The position numbers and the translations under genes were made by a program. Below the pieces are notes generated by a model, which was not told the DNA's origin, searched no databases, and was given only the letters and a program-made list of their open reading frames with translations. From the NCBI GenBank assembly GCA_013239625.1, contig MU053561.1, positions 4,527,992 to 4,565,201 on the forward strand: 37,210 nt of DNA. Direction: 5' to 3'. Of this stretch, positions 34,789-37,210 are shown one piece after another. This stretch comes from Lama guanicoe (taxonomy: Eukaryota). Position 1 is the stretch's first letter; every line of letters begins with the position of its first letter.

Positions 34789-36391
34789 AGTGAAGGTCTG
34801 CTGTTGACAAATTCGCAACAGTTTTATTTAACTGAAAATGTCTTTATTTCACCTTCATCTTGAGGGATATGTCCAGAATTCTAGATTCACAGTTTTTCCC
34901 CTCAGCACTTTAAATATTTTCCATTGCTTTCTGGCTTGCTTTGTTGTCCCTATAAGTAATATACTTTTTTCCCTCTGGCTACTTAAGAATTTTCTCTTTG
35001 TCACTGGTTTTCAGCAATTCGATTGTAGTTTGCCTTGATAAGGGTTTCCTTGTATTTATCTTTTTGCAATGTATTGACCTTCTTGGATCTATGGGTTAAT
35101 AGTTTCCATTAAATTTAGAAAAATTTCAGCAATTATTTCTTGAAATATTTGTTCTCTGCCTCCCCACCCCTTCACTCTGGGATTCCTATTTATATGTAAG
35201 GTAAACTGCTTGATCCCAGTGATACTTTTGTTTTTGTGTTAGTCATTTCTTCTCTCCATGCTTCAGTTCTTATTTTAGTTTTTGACAGTTTCTATTGCTT
35301 CTTATTCAACTTCATTGAGCATTTCTTCTGCAGTATCTAAAATCTGCTGTTGAAATCATCCAGCGAATTTTTCATTTCAGGTGGGGTATTTTTAAGCTTC
35401 AGAAGTTCCATTTATTTTCTTTTTTTATATCTTTCATTTCTCTACTCATTACATTCATGTTTTCCTTTAAGTTGATGAATGTATTTAAAATATTTGACTT
35501 GCAGTTCTTGTCTCCCAACTCTGTCATGGCTGTCATTTTTGGTTCTGAATCTTCTGATTTTTCTCCTGATCATGGGTCTCATTTTCAGGCTTCTTTGCAT
35601 TTTATTAATTTTGATTGGATTCTGAGCATTGTAATTGTTACAATGTGGTGTGTCTGGATTTTGTTGTCTTTGTGTAAAAATTATTAACTTTTGTTTCTGT
35701 GGGTATTTGAATTACTTATGAAACAACTTGATCCTTTCAGGGCTTTTTGAAAGCTTTGTTATGGTGGCTCTAAAGTAGCCTTCACTCTAGGGCCAGTTTA
35801 GTCCTGGTGGCAAGCCATGACCTCCTACTGTCTCTACTGAATTAGGGCTGGGTGTTTGACAAGGCCTCTCTTCCGTAGATCATTGGAAGTTGAACATTTC
35901 CCAGACCCTTGTGAACTCTGGGTATTAGTCAGCTTATAGGGTCCCCGCAGTTGTTATTTCCCAGTAATTTGTTGTCCAGCTGCATGCATTGTTACCCTAT
36001 GCATTACCAGTGTAGTATTTAGCCCCAGACTCAAGTAGATCCTATGTAGATTTCTGGAGCTTTTTCTCTGTGTTGCTCCCTCCTTTCTGATACTCTACCC
36101 TGAACATTCTGTTTGCCTTTGCCCTTCCAAACTCTGATCTCTTTATCCTTAACTCAGCAAGGTTATGCTGTTTTATGAAGAGAGCCTCCAGGGTGAAAGC
36201 TGGGATATCTTGGTGCCCGTCTCATTTGTTTTCCTGCTTTCAGGGATCACAGTCCTGTGTTGTTATCCAATATCTGAAAGCACTTGTTTTACATGTAAGT
36301 CCAGTTTTATATTTGTGTTGGGAAGGCAAGTCTAGTCCAATTACTCAGTCATGCCGGAAGTGGGAGTCTTCCTGGTCCTTTTCATCAGTTT

Positions 36392-36447
36392 TCTTTCTAA
36401 TTGAGGTAAAAATCACTTAACAAAAAATTAACCACTTGAAAGTATAC
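36392..36447 (-). mobile_element. Short L1 (L1MB-like) 3' terminus
   Basis: taattgaggtaaaaatcacttaacaaaaaattaaccacttgaaagtatac. Confidence 0.55.
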
Positions 36448-36454
36448 CCTTTTT

Positions 36455-36815
36455 AGTAATCATATTGACAAAAAATAAGAATAAGGAGAAAATATTAAAA
36501 TTAGCAAGAGAAAAGCAACATATAACATACAAGGGAACCTCCCATAAGGTTATCAGCTGACTTTTCAGCAAGAACTCTACAGGCCAGAAGAGAGTGGAAT
36601 GATATATTTAAAATAATGAAAGGGAAAAGTTTACAACCAAGAATACTCTATCCAGCAAGGCTCTCGTTCAGATTTGATGGAGAAATCAAAATTTCATGGA
36701 CAAAAGTTAAAAGAATTCAGCACCACCAAACCAACTTTACAACAAATGTTAAAGGAACTTCTCTAGTCATCACACCATAAGAGAAGAGAACAAAAAGAAG
36801 AAAGGAAATAAAAAA
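36455..36815 (+). mobile_element. Younger L1 ORF1 C-terminal fragment and inter-ORF spacer
   Basis: KEKILKLAREKQHITYKG, RLSADFS, LQARREWNDIFKIMKGKSLQPRILYPARLSFRFDGEIK, LQQMLKELL* (with frameshifts). Confidence 0.9.
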
Positions 36816-36819
36816 GATT

Positions 36820-36898
36820 CCTTTGGCATTTTGGGGTCTTTTATGGTTCAATAAAATTTTGGAATTGTTTGTTTTAGTTCTGTGAAGAATGTCTTGGA
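36820..36898 (-). mobile_element. L1 ORF2 fragment, antisense
   Basis: ctttggcattttggggtcttttatggttc..tagttctgtgaagaatgtc; homologous to 29705-29790. Confidence 0.75.
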
Positions 36899-37210
36899 TT
36901 TTTTTTTTGACATTTTTTATTGATTTATAATCATTTTACAATGTTGTGTCAAATTCCAGTGTTCAGCACAATTTTTCAGTCATTCATGGACATATACACA
37001 CTCATTGTCACATTTTTTTCTCTGTGATTTATCATAACATTTTGTGTATATTTCCCTGTGCTATACAGTGTAATCTTGTTTATCTATTCTACAATTTTGA
37101 AATCCCAGTCTATCCCTTCCCACCCTCTACCCCCCTGGTAACCACAAGTCTGTATTCTCTGTCCATGAGTCTTTAGATTCCACATATGAGCGATCTCATA
37201 TGGTATTTTT
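36899..37210 (-). mobile_element. Young camelid-type L1 3' end (runs off the window)
   Basis: Poly-T, acattttttattgatttataatcattttacaatgttgtgtc, ccctgtgctatacagt, ggtaaccacaagtctgtattctc, ttagattccacatatgagcgatctcatatggtattt. Confidence 0.88.

Larger units (their letters stand above)
32520..36370 (-). mobile_element. Old L1M: ORF2 N-terminal/EN region, ORF1 and 5' end
   Basis: Antisense L1 motifs throughout (ttatggcccaacatatggtct, tctgatattaatatagcca, aaaatttcagcaattatttct); terminal catgccggaagtgggagtc resembles an L1M 5' end. Confidence 0.85.

Overview
Mammalian (eutherian) genomic DNA, most likely a camelid. That assignment is inferred from the young L1 3' ends at 21.3 kb and 36.9 kb, cetartiodactyl-type L1 3' UTRs, and the absence of Alu, B1/B2, BovB/Bov-tA, PRE1 and CAN SINEs. 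The window holds a strong CTCF motif (~0.7 kb) and a CpG-island TATA-less promoter (CCAAT plus GC boxes, ~2.3-3.25 kb) with a probable non-coding first exon ending at a CAG|GTAGGA donor (2729). This is followed by ~34 kb of what looks like a long + strand intron. No host coding exon could be identified, so the gene is not named. The intron is filled with fossil transposable elements: MIR, L2, MLT1 LTRs, MER47/Tigger5, MER58, MER45, a hAT-Charlie transposase fossil, and a deeply nested ~10 kb L1 cluster at 27.2-37.2 kb. The supplied ORFs are GC-rich shadow ORFs or L1/Charlie remnants. I see no convincing new biological system. The best leads are an exon-like non-L1 fragment captured inside an old L1 (32.77-32.99 kb), an 81-nt candidate cassette exon carrying a C-bulged hairpin next to its donor (10.7 kb), and a head-to-head MER47 pair forming a long inverted repeat (6.7-7.5 kb). 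Repeat names come from recalled consensus sequences, and boundaries are approximate unless TSDs or TIRs are cited.
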